Positions 51,983 through 63,800 of a stretch of DNA of 64,000 nt are shown here, one piece after another; the stretch's first letter is position 1; each line of letters begins with the position of its first letter. The DNA comes from Minisyncoccota bacterium (GTDB lineage Bacteria; Patescibacteriota; Minisyncoccia; Phycocordibacterales; UBA5272), in the NCBI GenBank assembly GCA_046350775.1, contig JAXLZS010000001.1, positions 22,353 to 86,352 of the forward strand, given 5' to 3'. The translations under genes and the position numbers were made by a program. A model generated the notes under the pieces. The model was not told where the DNA came from. It was given only the letters and a program-made list of their open reading frames with translations, and searched no databases.

Positions 51983-52591
51983 ATGCAAGATAAAAATTTA
52001 AAAAACGAAGAAGAATTGGAAAAGGATGATGTGGTTTTTGAAGAATTAAATTCTGACGGAGAAGAAATGAATGAAAAACAAAAAAGTAAAAATAAAGAAG
52101 ATAAGTTAAAAGAGAAGTTTGAAGATAAAATAGAAAGGCTTGAAAAAGAGAGAGATGAATACTTGAGAGGTTGGCAAAGAGTTCAAGCTGATTATAAAAA
52201 TCGTGAGAAAGAAATAGAAGAATACAAAAAATCAGTCATCAAATTAGCTAATTCTGATTTAGTAAAAGATATCCTACCAGTGCTCGATGGCTATGATATG
52301 GCAAGAAGTAATAAAGAGCAATGGGAAGGAGTGGACAGTAATTGGAGGATGGGTATAGAATATCTATTTTCTCAATTATTAAAAGTATTAGAAAATAATG
52401 GTGTAGAAATGTTTGGTAGTGAAGGTGAAGCTTATAATCCAAATCTTCATGAAGCGATAGAAATGATAGATTTAAAAGATGAAGAAAAAGACAAAGATGA
52501 TAAAATTATATCTGTAATACAAAAAGGATATAAGATTGGTGAGAAAATATTGCGACCAGCAAGAGTCAAGGTCGGACATTATCAGGAATAA
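51983..52591 (+). CDS. grpE: Nucleotide exchange factor GrpE
   Basis: LRGWQRVQADYKNREKE, DILPVLDG and the C-terminal beta domain. ATG at 51983 preferred over the TTG-extended 51929. Confidence 0.85.
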   Translation: MQDKNLKNEEELEKDDVVFEELNSDGEEMNEKQKSKNKEDKLKEKFEDKIERLEKERDEYLRGWQRVQADYKNREKEIEEYKKSVIKLANSDLVKDILPVLDGYDMARSNKEQWEGVDSNWRMGIEYLFSQLLKVLENNGVEMFGSEGEAYNPNLHEAIEMIDLKDEEKDKDDKIISVIQKGYKIGEKILRPARVKVGHYQE

Positions 52592-52632
52592 TTATTAAAT
52601 ATTATATTAATCTATAAAATTCTTAAAAATAT

Positions 52633-54516
52633 ATGAGTAAAATTATTGGTATTGACTTAGGAACAACAAATTCAGCGGTGGCTATCATCGAAGGTGGTCA
52701 TCCAAAAATTATTGAGAATGTAGAAGGATATCGTACGACTCCTTCTGTGGTCTCTTTTTCAAAGACAGGAGAAAAATCAGTCGGAGTGACAGCAAAGCGT
52801 CAATCTGTGATCAATCCAGAAAATACTATCTATGGAGTAAAGAGATACATGGGACACTCTTTTAAAGATAAAGAAGTGCAAGATGATATGGGAAATGTAG
52901 CTTATAAATTGAAAGAAGGTCCAAACGGATCTGTACTCGTGACTTTGTCAGGAAAAGATTATCGTCCAGAAGAAGTCTCAGCTATGATTCTTCAAAAAAT
53001 AAAAGCAGACGTCGAAGCAAAGCTCGGAGAAAAAGTGACAGAAGCAGTCATTACTGTACCAGCATATTTTAATGATACCCAAAGACAAGCGACAGTCGAT
53101 GCTGGAAAGATCGCAGGACTTGATGTGAAAAGAATTATCCCAGAGCCTACAGCAGCAGCACTTGCTTATGGATTTAATTCAAATAAAAACGAAAAATTAG
53201 CTGTCTTTGATCTCGGAGGAGGTACTTTTGATATCTCAATTCTTGAAGTCGGTGATGGAGTAGTAGAAGTAAAATCAGTGGATGGGGACTCACATCTTGG
53301 AGGTCGTGATATTGATCAACAAATAATCAAATTTATCGCTGATAAATTTAAAGCGGAGACTGGTATCGATGTCACCAAAGATCCTCTTGCTCTACAAAGA
53401 ATTGATGAGGCAGCAGAAAAGGCAAAGCATGAACTATCAACTCAATCTGAGTCAGAGATCTTTTTACCATTCTTAGCAGCAGGACAAGATGGTCCAAAAA
53501 ATCTTCAAATGAAGTTGACTCGTGCTGAGCTTGAAAATATTGCTCGTCCATTTGTAGAGAGAGCAATTGAAATCACAAAGAGAGCTCTTGCAAATTCTCC
53601 ATTTAAAAAAGAAGAGATTCATGATGTGATCCTTGTCGGAGGACAAACAAGAATGCCAATGGTGATAGAAGCTGTGAAAAATCTTTTTGGTAAAGATCCA
53701 AATAGATCAATCAATCCAGATGAAGTGGTAGCTCTCGGAGCGGCTGTACAAGCTGGAGTTCTTCAAGGAGACGTAAAAGATGTTCTTCTATTAGACGTGA
53801 TACCTCTATCACTTGGTATTGAGACAATGGGAAATGTTGCTACAAAGCTCGTAGAAAAAAATACTACAATCCCAACACAGAGATCACAAGTGTTTTCTAC
53901 CGCCGCTGATAATCAGACATCTGTAGAGATCCATATCGTCCAAGGTGAGAGACCAATGGCCGCCGATAATAAATCTCTTGGAAGATTTATTCTTGACGGC
54001 ATTCCTCCAGCACCTCGCGGAGTACCACAAGTCGAAGTGACTTTTGATATCGATGCCAATGGTATCCTACAAGTAAAAGCAAAAGACAAAACAAGCGGTA
54101 AAGAGCAATCAATCAGAATTGAGGCTTCTTCAGGTCTTTCAAAAGATGATATTGCCAAGATGCAGCAAGAAGCAGAAATGAATGCTGAAGCTGATAAAAA
54201 GAAAATGGAGCTGGCAGAAGTGAAAAATCTTGCAGATCAAATGATCCATACTGCTGAAAAAGCTCTCAAAGATGCAGAAGGAAAAATCTCTGACGAGATT
54301 AAAAATGAAGTCACAGAAAAGAGAATTAATTTAACTTCAATTAAAAATAATCCCGATTCAACAAAAGAGCAAATCGAAAAAGCCACAGAAGAATTGTCAC
54401 AATCAATGATGAAGATCGGTGAAGCTATGAAGACTGCAAATGATCAGGCTGGTCAAAATGCTGCCACTGAAAATCCTTCACAAGAAAATACAAATAATAA
54501 CGAAACACAAAGCTAA
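52633..54516 (+). CDS. dnaK: Chaperone DnaK (Hsp70)
   Basis: [29 protein letters not shown]; full-length 627 aa. Confidence 0.97.
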   Translation: MSKIIGIDLGTTNSAVAIIEGGHPKIIENVEGYRTTPSVVSFSKTGEKSVGVTAKRQSVINPENTIYGVKRYMGHSFKDKEVQDDMGNVAYKLKEGPNGSVLVTLSGKDYRPEEVSAMILQKIKADVEAKLGEKVTEAVITVPAYFNDTQRQATVDAGKIAGLDVKRIIPEPTAAALAYGFNSNKNEKLAVFDLGGGTFDISILEVGDGVVEVKSVDGDSHLGGRDIDQQIIKFIADKFKAETGIDVTKDPLALQRIDEAAEKAKHELSTQSESEIFLPFLAAGQDGPKNLQMKLTRAELENIARPFVERAIEITKRALANSPFKKEEIHDVILVGGQTRMPMVIEAVKNLFGKDPNRSINPDEVVALGAAVQAGVLQGDVKDVLLLDVIPLSLGIETMGNVATKLVEKNTTIPTQRSQVFSTAADNQTSVEIHIVQGERPMAADNKSLGRFILDGIPPAPRGVPQVEVTFDIDANGILQVKAKDKTSGKEQSIRIEASSGLSKDDIAKMQQEAEMNAEADKKKMELAEVKNLADQMIHTAEKALKDAEGKISDEIKNEVTEKRINLTSIKNNPDSTKEQIEKATEELSQSMMKIGEAMKTANDQAGQNAATENPSQENTNNNETQS

Positions 54517-54595
54517 TTAAAAGTTTTTAAAGTAGAAAATATGAAAATATTTTCTACTTGGTAAAGAGTTTAATTTTGGTATATAATAAAAATAT

Positions 54596-55711
54596 ATGTC
54601 ACAGAAAAATTATTACGAATTATTGGGAGTAGCAAAAAATGCAAGTAAAGAAGAAATTAAAAAAGCTTTTTATAAGCTAGCGGCTAAATATCACCCAGAC
54701 AAAAAAGGTGGAGACGAAGCAAAATTTAAAGAAGTAAACGAAGCCTATCAAGTACTCTCTAATGATCAAAAAAGAAAGGAGTACGATACCTATGGACAAA
54801 CATTCTCTGGCGCTGGATCACAAGGCGGAGCTGGACCATTTGGACAAGGTCAAGGATTTGGTGGATTTGATTTTTCTGGATTCAATCAAGGCGATTTTCA
54901 AAATATGAATTTTGATTTTGAAGATCTCGGAGATATTTTTGGTGATATCTTTGGTGGTGGATTTGGAGCTAGAGAAAGAGAAAAAAGAGGTCGTGACATG
55001 TCTCTCGAGATGGATATATCTTTCGAAGAATCTATTTTTGGCGTAGAGAGAAATGTCTTGATCTCAAAAATTTCTAAATGTAAAACTTGTGCTGGTAGTG
55101 GTGCTAAAGCTGGTACAAAAATGGAGACTTGTAAAAAATGTAACGGAAAAGGAAAGATTCAAGATATAAAAAGGACTATCTTTGGAGCAATGCAATCTGT
55201 AAAAATTTGTGATGACTGTCACGGAAAAGGAGAAGTGCCAAAAGATAAATGTGAGACTTGTAAGGGTCATGGTGTGATGAATCAAAAAGAAGATATCAAG
55301 ATCTCAATACCAGCAGGTATCAATAATGGAGAGGTGATAAGAATGAGTGGCATGGGTGAAGCCATCAAAGATGGAAAGAGTGGAGATCTCTATATTAAAA
55401 TTTTAGTTAAGCCAAGCAAGGTGTGGAAAAGAGAGGGCAATGATCTTGTGATGGATCACAATATAAAATTGTCTGATGCATTACTCGGTGCAAAGCACAC
55501 AATATCGGCTCTTGATGGAAATGTTGAAATAATAATCCCTGCAGGAGCACACACTAATGATGTCTTAAGGATAAAAGGTAGAGGAGTGCCTCATACTTCA
55601 AATCCAAAATTGAGAGGAGACATTTTGATAAGACTAAATATTCAGATACCTAAAAAACTTTCAAAGAAAGCCGAGGAGATGGTCCATAAACTAAAAGAAG
55701 AAGGTCTCTAA
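54596..55711 (+). CDS. dnaJ: Chaperone DnaJ (Hsp40)
   Basis: J domain with HPD (YHPDKK), G/F-rich region, four CxxCxGxG zinc-finger repeats ([32 protein letters not shown]). Confidence 0.95.
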   Translation: MSQKNYYELLGVAKNASKEEIKKAFYKLAAKYHPDKKGGDEAKFKEVNEAYQVLSNDQKRKEYDTYGQTFSGAGSQGGAGPFGQGQGFGGFDFSGFNQGDFQNMNFDFEDLGDIFGDIFGGGFGAREREKRGRDMSLEMDISFEESIFGVERNVLISKISKCKTCAGSGAKAGTKMETCKKCNGKGKIQDIKRTIFGAMQSVKICDDCHGKGEVPKDKCETCKGHGVMNQKEDIKISIPAGINNGEVIRMSGMGEAIKDGKSGDLYIKILVKPSKVWKREGNDLVMDHNIKLSDALLGAKHTISALDGNVEIIIPAGAHTNDVLRIKGRGVPHTSNPKLRGDILIRLNIQIPKKLSKKAEEMVHKLKEEGL

Positions 55712-55727
55712 TATTAAATTATCAGAA

Positions 55728-56009
55728 TTAATTTGATAATACTTTAGCGCCGTTTATATAAGAGATTATAAAGAGAGTTATTATTATTATGAGTAAAGCG
55801 AAGATGACCATCATTGATGCCGTCAATTTCTTTTGCTCTTTTTCTGATTCTTCTTCACACTTTTCATAAAGATCTTCAACTTTTGCAACTCTAGCTTCTG
55901 CTGCAAATATCCTTTGATTCTGATCTTTGTTTACATCAGTAGTATTTTTTTCAACACTATTTTCTGGTGGAGTTGGTATCTGGTTATTTAAATTTTCCAT
56001 ATTTTCCAT
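55728..56009 (-). CDS. Hypothetical small C-tail-anchored membrane protein
   Basis: 93 aa; acidic N-terminal part and a C-terminal TM helix (MMVIFALLIIIITLFIISYI). Confidence 0.35.
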   Translation of the reverse strand: MENMENLNNQIPTPPENSVEKNTTDVNKDQNQRIFAAEARVAKVEDLYEKCEEESEKEQKKLTASMMVIFALLIIIITLFIISYINGAKVLSN

Positions 56010-56108
56010 AATTATTTTTTAATATATTATTCTATAAATAAATTATAACATATATAAAATATTGTTTTTAATTTTTCCACATTTTAGTGTATAATGTCAA
56101 AAATAAAT

Positions 56109-56180
56109 TGCCTGATCGTCTAATGGTAGGACAACGGTTTCTGGCACCGTTAATTGGGGTTCGAATCCCTGTCGGGCAGC
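56109..56180 (+). tRNA. tRNA-Gln (anticodon CUG)
   Basis: Acceptor tgcctga/tcgggca (U1:A72 as in bacterial tRNA-Gln), 3-bp D-stem gtc/gac, anticodon arm acggt-ttctggc-accgt (CUG), T-loop ttcgaat; CCA not encoded. Confidence 0.85.
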
Positions 56181-56217
56181 AAGCTTTAAACTAATATCTT
56201 AATGATATAATAATTAC

Positions 56218-56580
56218 ATGTCACTTCCAAAACCAAAAAAAGTTCCAGAATTAGGATTTTATTATCACTATAAACATGACCCAAATGGACCCATTAATAA
56301 TTGCTCTTTTGAAGTCGTTGGAGTAGGATTTCATACCGAAGAAGCGAGAGAAGGTGAAGAGCATTTCGTAATTTATAGACCATTATATATTTCTTCAGTA
56401 TATGAAGCAGAAAAAGAATTTAATATTCCTTGTTTTGATGCGAGACCACTTGAAATGTGGATGGGAGATGTAGAAATAAATGGAAATACTCAAAAAAGAT
56501 TTACAAAAATTAATGATTCAAAAATAATTGAAGAATTAGAAAAAATTAAAAGAGATTTTTATGAAAACAGTCATCGTTAA
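56218..56580 (+). CDS. DUF1653-like protein
   Basis: GFYYHYKHD...YEVVGVGFHTEEAREGEEHFVIYRPLY...DARPLEMWM follows the DUF1653 pattern (G.Y.HYKG..Y.V...A.HTE..E..V.Y..LY....W.RP...F). Memory-based. Confidence 0.5.
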   Translation: MSLPKPKKVPELGFYYHYKHDPNGPINNCSFEVVGVGFHTEEAREGEEHFVIYRPLYISSVYEAEKEFNIPCFDARPLEMWMGDVEINGNTQKRFTKINDSKIIEELEKIKRDFYENSHR

Positions 56581-57073
56581 TGACAAAATGCAAAATGGAT
56601 ACAAGTACAGTCTTGTAGCGGCTGTTGGTAAAAATTTTCACAAAGATTTTAAACCGGATCTCACTCCAAAAGAAATGCTTGAGCTCGGAGTTTTTGGTGG
56701 CAGATATATGCGAGACTGCACAAAAGAATTTCCTAAAAGTTGGTTCGTCAAAGCCAAGCTTCATAAGCAAGGTGCGCCAGGTCATGATAAAAATTTAAAC
56801 TTTTTTAAAGTGGATGCCTCACAACCATTATCTGTCTGGAGAGAAAAGGGTTGGATATATAAAGATGATCCTAGGGGATGGTTTCAATGGTATTGTCGAT
56901 ATTATATGGGTCGCAGAATAAAAGATGAAGATGAAAGACAAATAAAAAGATGGAAAGCTATAAGAAGACATATTGGTGGTTTAAAGTCAGCGTGTAGAGT
57001 CGGTGATATAAATTGCCGTCCGAGACAAAGACAAGCTTTGCTACATTGGGCCTACGATAGTAGAAGAATTTAG
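56561..57073 (+). CDS. Hypothetical conserved protein
   Basis: 170 aa; Trp/Arg-rich (WFQWYCRYYMGRR); overlaps the upstream gene by 20 nt. Confidence 0.45.
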   Translation: MKTVIVNDKMQNGYKYSLVAAVGKNFHKDFKPDLTPKEMLELGVFGGRYMRDCTKEFPKSWFVKAKLHKQGAPGHDKNLNFFKVDASQPLSVWREKGWIYKDDPRGWFQWYCRYYMGRRIKDEDERQIKRWKAIRRHIGGLKSACRVGDINCRPRQRQALLHWAYDSRRI

Positions 57074-57194
57074 AATTATTTTTTAATCTTGACAGATGTT
57101 GCTTTTTTTATCAATATAGTGTATATTTACAATATAATAGAAAAATATACCTGTCTAGTCTGTAGGTGTAAATAAAAATAATTAAAATAAAAAT

Positions 57195-57662
57195 ATGGGA
57201 TTTGAAAGAGGTGGTAACAGGGGTGGAAATGGTAGAGGTGGATTTGGTGGTAGTCGTGGAGGAGGAAGATCTGGGGGCTTTAGTGGTGGTAGAGGTGGTG
57301 ACAGAGGTGGAAGTAGAGGAGGTTTTAGGGAGAAACCTGCTATGCACAAAGCTGTCTGTGATCAATGTGGTAAAGATTGTGAAGTGCCTTTTAGACCTTC
57401 AAATGATAAACCAATTTTTTGTGATGCATGCTTTGGTGGTAAAAGAGAAGGAAGTAGAAATGAATCAAGATCCTCATCTAGATCATCAGCTCCATTAGCA
57501 GATTTTAGTAAACAATTTTTAGAGATAAACGATAAATTAAATAAATTAATTTCTCTCTTAGAAAAGTCATCAGTTGTAGAAGTGAAAAATGAAGAAGAAA
57601 AAGAAATTAAAAAAGTAGCAAAAAAATCAGTCGCTAAAAAATCAATTTCAAAAAAGAAATAA
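57195..57662 (+). CDS. RGG/Gly-Arg-rich protein with CxxC-x17-CxxC zinc ribbon and Lys-rich tail
   Basis: N-terminal 50 aa of RGG/GGR repeats; CDQC-(17 aa)-CDAC with exact x17 spacing; C-terminal KKVAKKSVAKKSISKKK tail. Confidence 0.65.
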   Translation: MGFERGGNRGGNGRGGFGGSRGGGRSGGFSGGRGGDRGGSRGGFREKPAMHKAVCDQCGKDCEVPFRPSNDKPIFCDACFGGKREGSRNESRSSSRSSAPLADFSKQFLEINDKLNKLISLLEKSSVVEVKNEEEKEIKKVAKKSVAKKSISKKK

Positions 57663-57897
57663 TTTTTTTCAAAAAATAAAAATAAAAAATAGATATCAAG
57701 TTGTGGTATCTATTTTTTATTTTTAGAATATTTTTATAAATTATTTTTTTCATTTTTTATTTTTTCTTATAAAAAATTATTTTAAAATTAAAAAGAAATT
57801 AAAAATTTTATTAGGGCTTTTTTGTTAATATTTTTATCCCCAGTTTTATCTTAAAAAGCAATTTTTTGTCATTATTTTTTGGTATAATATTTATATT

Positions 57898-60800
57898 ATG
57901 TGGTCGAGATTTTTCCAAAAAATTAAAATAGTTTTCATTTTTATTTTCTTTTTTGCTGTCTTTGTTTTTAAAGCTTCAGCTGATGAAATAGTTGTGGTAC
58001 AAACTACGGATTTTCCTGTTGAGCAGTCAGCTGTCTTGGCAGATGCTCCAGTAGAAAATTTATCTACAATAAATTCTACAGAAGTCACAAGTGATGCCGT
58101 GACCCCTGATACTACTACTTCATCAGCATCATCAGACACTTCTTCTTCAACTCAAGTTACAGAAAATAATTCTTCTACTACTATAGAAAATATTATAGAA
58201 AATATTTCAAACGAAAATTCTTCATCAACTGTAGAAAATATTTTTTCTACAAACAGCACGAGTAGCACAACCACAAATGAAAATATTTCTTCATCAACTT
58301 TAGAAAATAATTTTACAGAAAATATTTTAAATGAAATTTCTTCTAGCACCACTCTCGAAACTCCATCTTCTTCGATAGAAAATAATTTTTCTTCTACTAC
58401 AGAAATAGATCTCACACCAAAGGTGGTCGAAGAATTTACAGAGGTAGGAAAACTCGTCACTATATCTGCGACCGATGAGCAAGAAGCGATCAAGCCGATG
58501 ATAGACATACCAGTCTCGACTTCTATTCCAGAAATTTTTAAAGTTGGTCAAGAAGACAAAATAAAAATTAAATGGAAAAATAATTTAAATCAAGAAATGC
58601 AATTTACCACTTCTGATGAAGATGGAAATGGATACATAGATCACATCAGTTGGATAGTGCCACATCTCTCAACTCAGACTTTTGAGATTATTTTTATTTC
58701 AAACGCTTTACGCTTGGATTCTGACAAAAACATCATCGAAGATATTTTCAGCTCAGTCGGAGAGTGGGATAAAAATTTTGCTAGCATTTTGAATGGTCAA
58801 TATGTGAGAGTGACTTTTGAGCATTTGCTAGACAGTACTAGAGACATCACAATCTTTGCTAGACCAACAGATAATAGTTCTCCCGCATCAATAGAAGTCT
58901 ATACAAAAGATGGTACATATGTAGGAACTATATCTAATATAGATCATGACGGAAAATATACTCTAGTCCTAAATAATCTTGCTACATCTACAGATGTTTT
59001 TGATTTAAAAATCATTGGCAATGTAGATATCGACTATATTACAGATCCTGATGCGTATTGGGTAGGAGGTACAGGCAACTGGTCTGATCCAAGTCACTGG
59101 GCCTCTTCATCTGGTGGTGTGGGTGGTAGCTTTGGAGGTATACCTAATGCTACAACAAGAGTCTATTTTGATTCTTCTTCTGGAGCTTCTACTACCATTG
59201 TAACAATTGATACATCAGCTACAGTAGGATTTTTTAGCCTTTCTGGGTATTTGGGAACAATTGTTCAAGATGCGGATTTAGATATAACAGATTCTGGAGG
59301 ACAGCCTGGCGGATTTATTATAAGTCAAGGAGGAACATTTACATCAACAAATCCTTTGGTTAATAATTTTTCTGTTACAGGATCTTTTGTTATATCTATT
59401 AACAGTGGAATATTTCGTCGCTACACTGGACTTGGGACAACCAATGATCCGTATTTGATTTATGATGTCTATGGTTTACAAGGGATGTTTACAGGACTTT
59501 CTAATTCTTATAAATTAAATAATGATATTGAGGCGACAAGTACTCGCCTATGGGATACCATTTTTTATGGATATGGATTTAGACCCGTAGGAAATAATAC
59601 GACTCCATTTTCAGGAGTTTTTGATGGAGCAGGACATTCTATAAACAATCTTTACATCAATGCTTTTTCTAATGGTATAGCAGTAACAAGCTATATTGGA
59701 CTTTTTGGATATTCTACTAATCTTATAAAAGATGTAACACTTAATAATTTATCAATTACAGCAACAAGTTCATCTGGATCAAATGGTTCTTCTTATGGTG
59801 ATGGGGTTGATGGTATATCTACTTCTAATGGAATAGCTGGGTTTGCGGGAAATGCTGGCTCTGTCTTATATTTGGGTGGTCTAGTAGGTTATAATACGGG
59901 TAATATTAGTAATGTAAATATCAGTGGAAGTGTATCAGGTACCGCAGGAAGTGGAGGTAGTGGATCAAGAGGTGGAAATGGAGGAAATATCACAAGTGGG
60001 AGTAATACAGCTGGATCTGGTGCATCTGCTCCTACAAATGCAGTAGCTGTAGGAGGTGTAGCATATGTCGGAGGTCTGGTAGGATATTCTCAGCAAGGTA
60101 TCATAAATTCAGCTTCAAGCTCTTTGACGGTCACTGGACAGGGTGGAGCTGGTGGAAATGGAGGCGCTGGTGGAAATGGTGGAAATGGGTCTGTGGCCGG
60201 AGTTGGAACTGGAGCTGGCGGTGCTGGTGGAGCTGGTGGAATAGGTGCTGCAGGTAATGTGGCCTATGTCGGAGGATTGGTGGGAATGATAAATACTGGC
60301 GTCATATCACAGTCAAACTCTACCGGCAATGTGACAGCGATAGGTGGAGCTGGGGGAAATGCTGGTACGGCAGGTACTGGTGGTAACGCCGGAGTAGGAG
60401 CTGGAGGGTCTGCTATTGGAGGTATTGGTGGTGCTGGTGCCGCTGGAGGTGCTGGAGGAATAGCATATGGAGGAGGACTGGTCGGATACAATTCTGGTAC
60501 TATCCAGAATGGAAGCTATGCCACAGGAATAGTCCAAGTAACTGGTGGTACTCCTGGTAATAGTTCATCTGGAGCTGCTGGTGGAGCATCTGCTGCTGGA
60601 TCTGTGACTACAGCTGCATCAGGAGCTACAGCTGTTGGTGGTGCTGGCGCTGCCGGAGGTGCAGCTTATGCTGGAGGATTGGTCGGATTAAATTATATAT
60701 CTGGAATAATTGACGGAGCTGTATCTTCTGTGTATGCCTCAAGTACTGTGACAGCGACTGGATCTAATGGTAAAAATGCTGGATTTGGTGGAACTGGAGG

Positions 60801-63800
60801 TAGTGCTGCACTTACAACTTCTGGAACTGGAGGAGTCGGTGGAGCAGGAGGAACAGGAGGTGCGGGAGGACTTGCTTATGTAGGAGGATTGGTAGGATAT
60901 AATTATGGTACTATAGGATCTTCGTATTCAAAGACTGGACTTGTAAGTATAGTCGGTGGATCAGGAGGAGTAGGTGGTACTGGTGGATCAGGTGGAGCAA
61001 AAGGATCGGCTGGTACTTCTGGTGCTGGCGGAGCGTCGGGTGCAGGAGGAACTGCTGCTGTCGGTGCTGGTATTATTTATGCTGGAGGATTAGTTGGAAT
61101 AAATGAAGGGATTATTCAAAATACGTATTCCACAAATCCTGTTTATGGAGTCGCTGGTACTGGTGGAGCCGGCGGTGCAGGAGTCGCGGCACAAACTGGT
61201 CTTGCTGGATTGGCGGGAGGTGTCGGCGGAGCTGGAGGAATTTTAAATATTGGAGGTATAACTGGTAGAAATAATCTATCAGTGGTTGGCAGTTATCACG
61301 CGACAGGGACAATTATCGGATTTTCTGGTGCTGGTGGAGCCGGCGGTATCGGTGGAGCTGGTGGAGCTTGGACTGGTGGAATTGCTGGAGTGTCAGGTAC
61401 TTCTACTGCTGGTGGATATATTATTGCTGGTGGAGTAATAGGTATTAATTATGGTAACTCTGTTTTAAATAACTACTCTATTTCAGATATTACAGCTACC
61501 GGTGGCGCTGGTGTTGCTGGAGCTAATGGTAGAGATGGATATACTTTTACTACAGGTGTCGCTGGTGTGGCTGGTAGTGCTGGTGCTATTGGTGGTATAG
61601 CATATACAGGAGGTGTGGTGGGTTATAATAATAACGGAGAAATTTCTAATTCATATTCTATTGGAAATATTACAGCAAATGGCGGATCTGGAGGAAATGG
61701 AGGGAATGGAGGAAATGGAGGTGCTGGCACATCGAGTACTGGGGGAGCTGGAGGCGCTGGTGCTGCTGGAGGTACTGGAGGCGCCGTTTTTGCTGGTGGA
61801 GTAGCTGGACAGATTATTTTAGGAACAGTAACGTCAAGCTATAATATTGGAAATGTAATTGGTACTGGAGGATCAGGAGGTACTGCTGGAAATGGAGGAA
61901 ATGGTGGAGTCGGTGGTACGAATTTTGCTGGTGGAGTAGGAGCAATAGCTGGAGCCGGTGGATCTGGAGGCGCTGCAAAAGTTGGAGGTATATCTGGACA
62001 GAGCGCCGGAGTAATACAAGAAAATTCTTATTCAATTGGAGATATTACTGCTACAGGAGGTACAGCTAGAGTTGGTGGAATCGGTGGAAATGGTGGCGCT
62101 TCTTCTGGAACATTTGTCGGTGCTGGAGCAGTTGGTGGTGCTGGTGGTGCAGGAGGAGCTGGTGCATTAGCATATGCCGCAGGTATTGTTGGTGACAACA
62201 GTAATACTATTATAAATACATACGCAAGTGGAAATATTATAGCTACAGGATCCTCTGGAGGAAATGGTGGGGCTGCTGGATCAGGAGGAAGTAATGCTAC
62301 AGGTGGATCATCGAGTACTGGAGCAGCGGGTGTTGCTGGTGGTGCTGGCGGAGCCAGTGCAGCTGCTTATGCTGGTGGTATTGCTACTTCAAATAACGGT
62401 GCTACAATTGCAAATTCTTATATAGAGTCAGGATCTGTCATGGCTATAGGAGGAAATGGTGGAAATGGTGCAACTGGAGGGGCTGGAGGGGTGGCTGGTA
62501 CAGGAGCTCTTGGAGCTGTAGGAGGTACTGGTGGAGCTGGTGGAACAGGATCTTTTGGTTTGGCTGGTGGTATAGTTGGTCAAAATCTTGGTGGTACTGT
62601 CGATAATTCTCATGCGACTATAAATGTAAGCTCTATTTCTGGTCGTGGAGGAAATGGTGGTACTGGTGGTACTGGTGGAGCGGGTGCAAATGGAGGAGTT
62701 GGCGGAGCTAGCTCTGGAGTTGGAGCTGTAGGATATGTTGGAGGTGCTGTAGCATATAATGTTGGTATTTTAAACAACATTTATGCTTCAGGAAATGCTT
62801 CCACTACTGGAGGAATTCCGGGATCTAATGGTAGTGGAGGAAATGGTGGATCAAGTAGTATATCAGCCGGAGGAGCCGGAGGAGCCTCTGGTGCTATAGC
62901 CGGATCTGGAGGTAATGCTTATGCTGGAGGACTTGTAGGTCTAAATTTTACCAACGGAGTAATTCAAGGAGCTTCTCATGCGAGTGGAAATTCGATAGCT
63001 GTAGGTGGAGCTGGCGCGGCTGGAGCAAATGGTGCCTCAGGTGGAAATTCTACTGGGGCTTTTGCTGGAGGCGCTGCTGTTGCTGGTACTGCTGGAACGG
63101 CTGGTGGATTTTCTGGCTCTGGAGGACTTGTGGGATATAATTCTTGGTCAGTTTCTTCTGATTCTTATGCTGAAGGCTCTGTATTTTCAATTGGTGGTGC
63201 CGGAGGAGCTGGTGGAAATGGAGGAAATGGAGGGTCTAGTGGTGCTGGAGTAGCAGGTACCGCAGGTGCTGCTGCTGCTGGTGGTGGTACCGGCGGTGTG
63301 TCTTATGCAGGTGGAGTCATTGGTTCCAACACTGTTTTGGCTGGCACAATTAATATTGCAAATAGTACGGGAACAATATATTCAAAAGGAGGAGCTGGTG
63401 GCGCCGGAGGAGCTGGTGGAAATGGCGGAAATGGCGGTAGTTCAACCGGCGCTATTGGTGGCGCAGGAGGCCTTGGCGGGACTGGTGGTACTGGAGGAGC
63501 AGGGTATGGCGGTGGAATAGCTGGCTCAAATGCTGGAGTGATAAGAAATGTTACTTATACAATTACTAGTATTACTGTAGGTGGAGGTGAAGCTGGAGTA
63601 GGTGGCTCAGGAGGTAATGCTGGAGCTTCAGGTAATATATCTGGTGGTGCTGGTGCAACTGCTGGCGCTGGTGGCGCTGGTGGTGCTGGTGGTGCTACAT
63701 ATATAGGAGGTCTCGTAGGAGATAATTCTGGATTAATAAATACATCAATCGTTTATGGAAATTTAGCAAGTAACAATATTGATGGTGGTGCTGGCGGAGT

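Noticed and set aside
58152-58551. Minus-strand ORFs 57891..58139, 58152..58508 and 58327..58551
   Set aside because: Antisense to the Ser/Thr-rich N-terminal region of the giant surface-protein gene; the + strand frame is continuous with a signal peptide.
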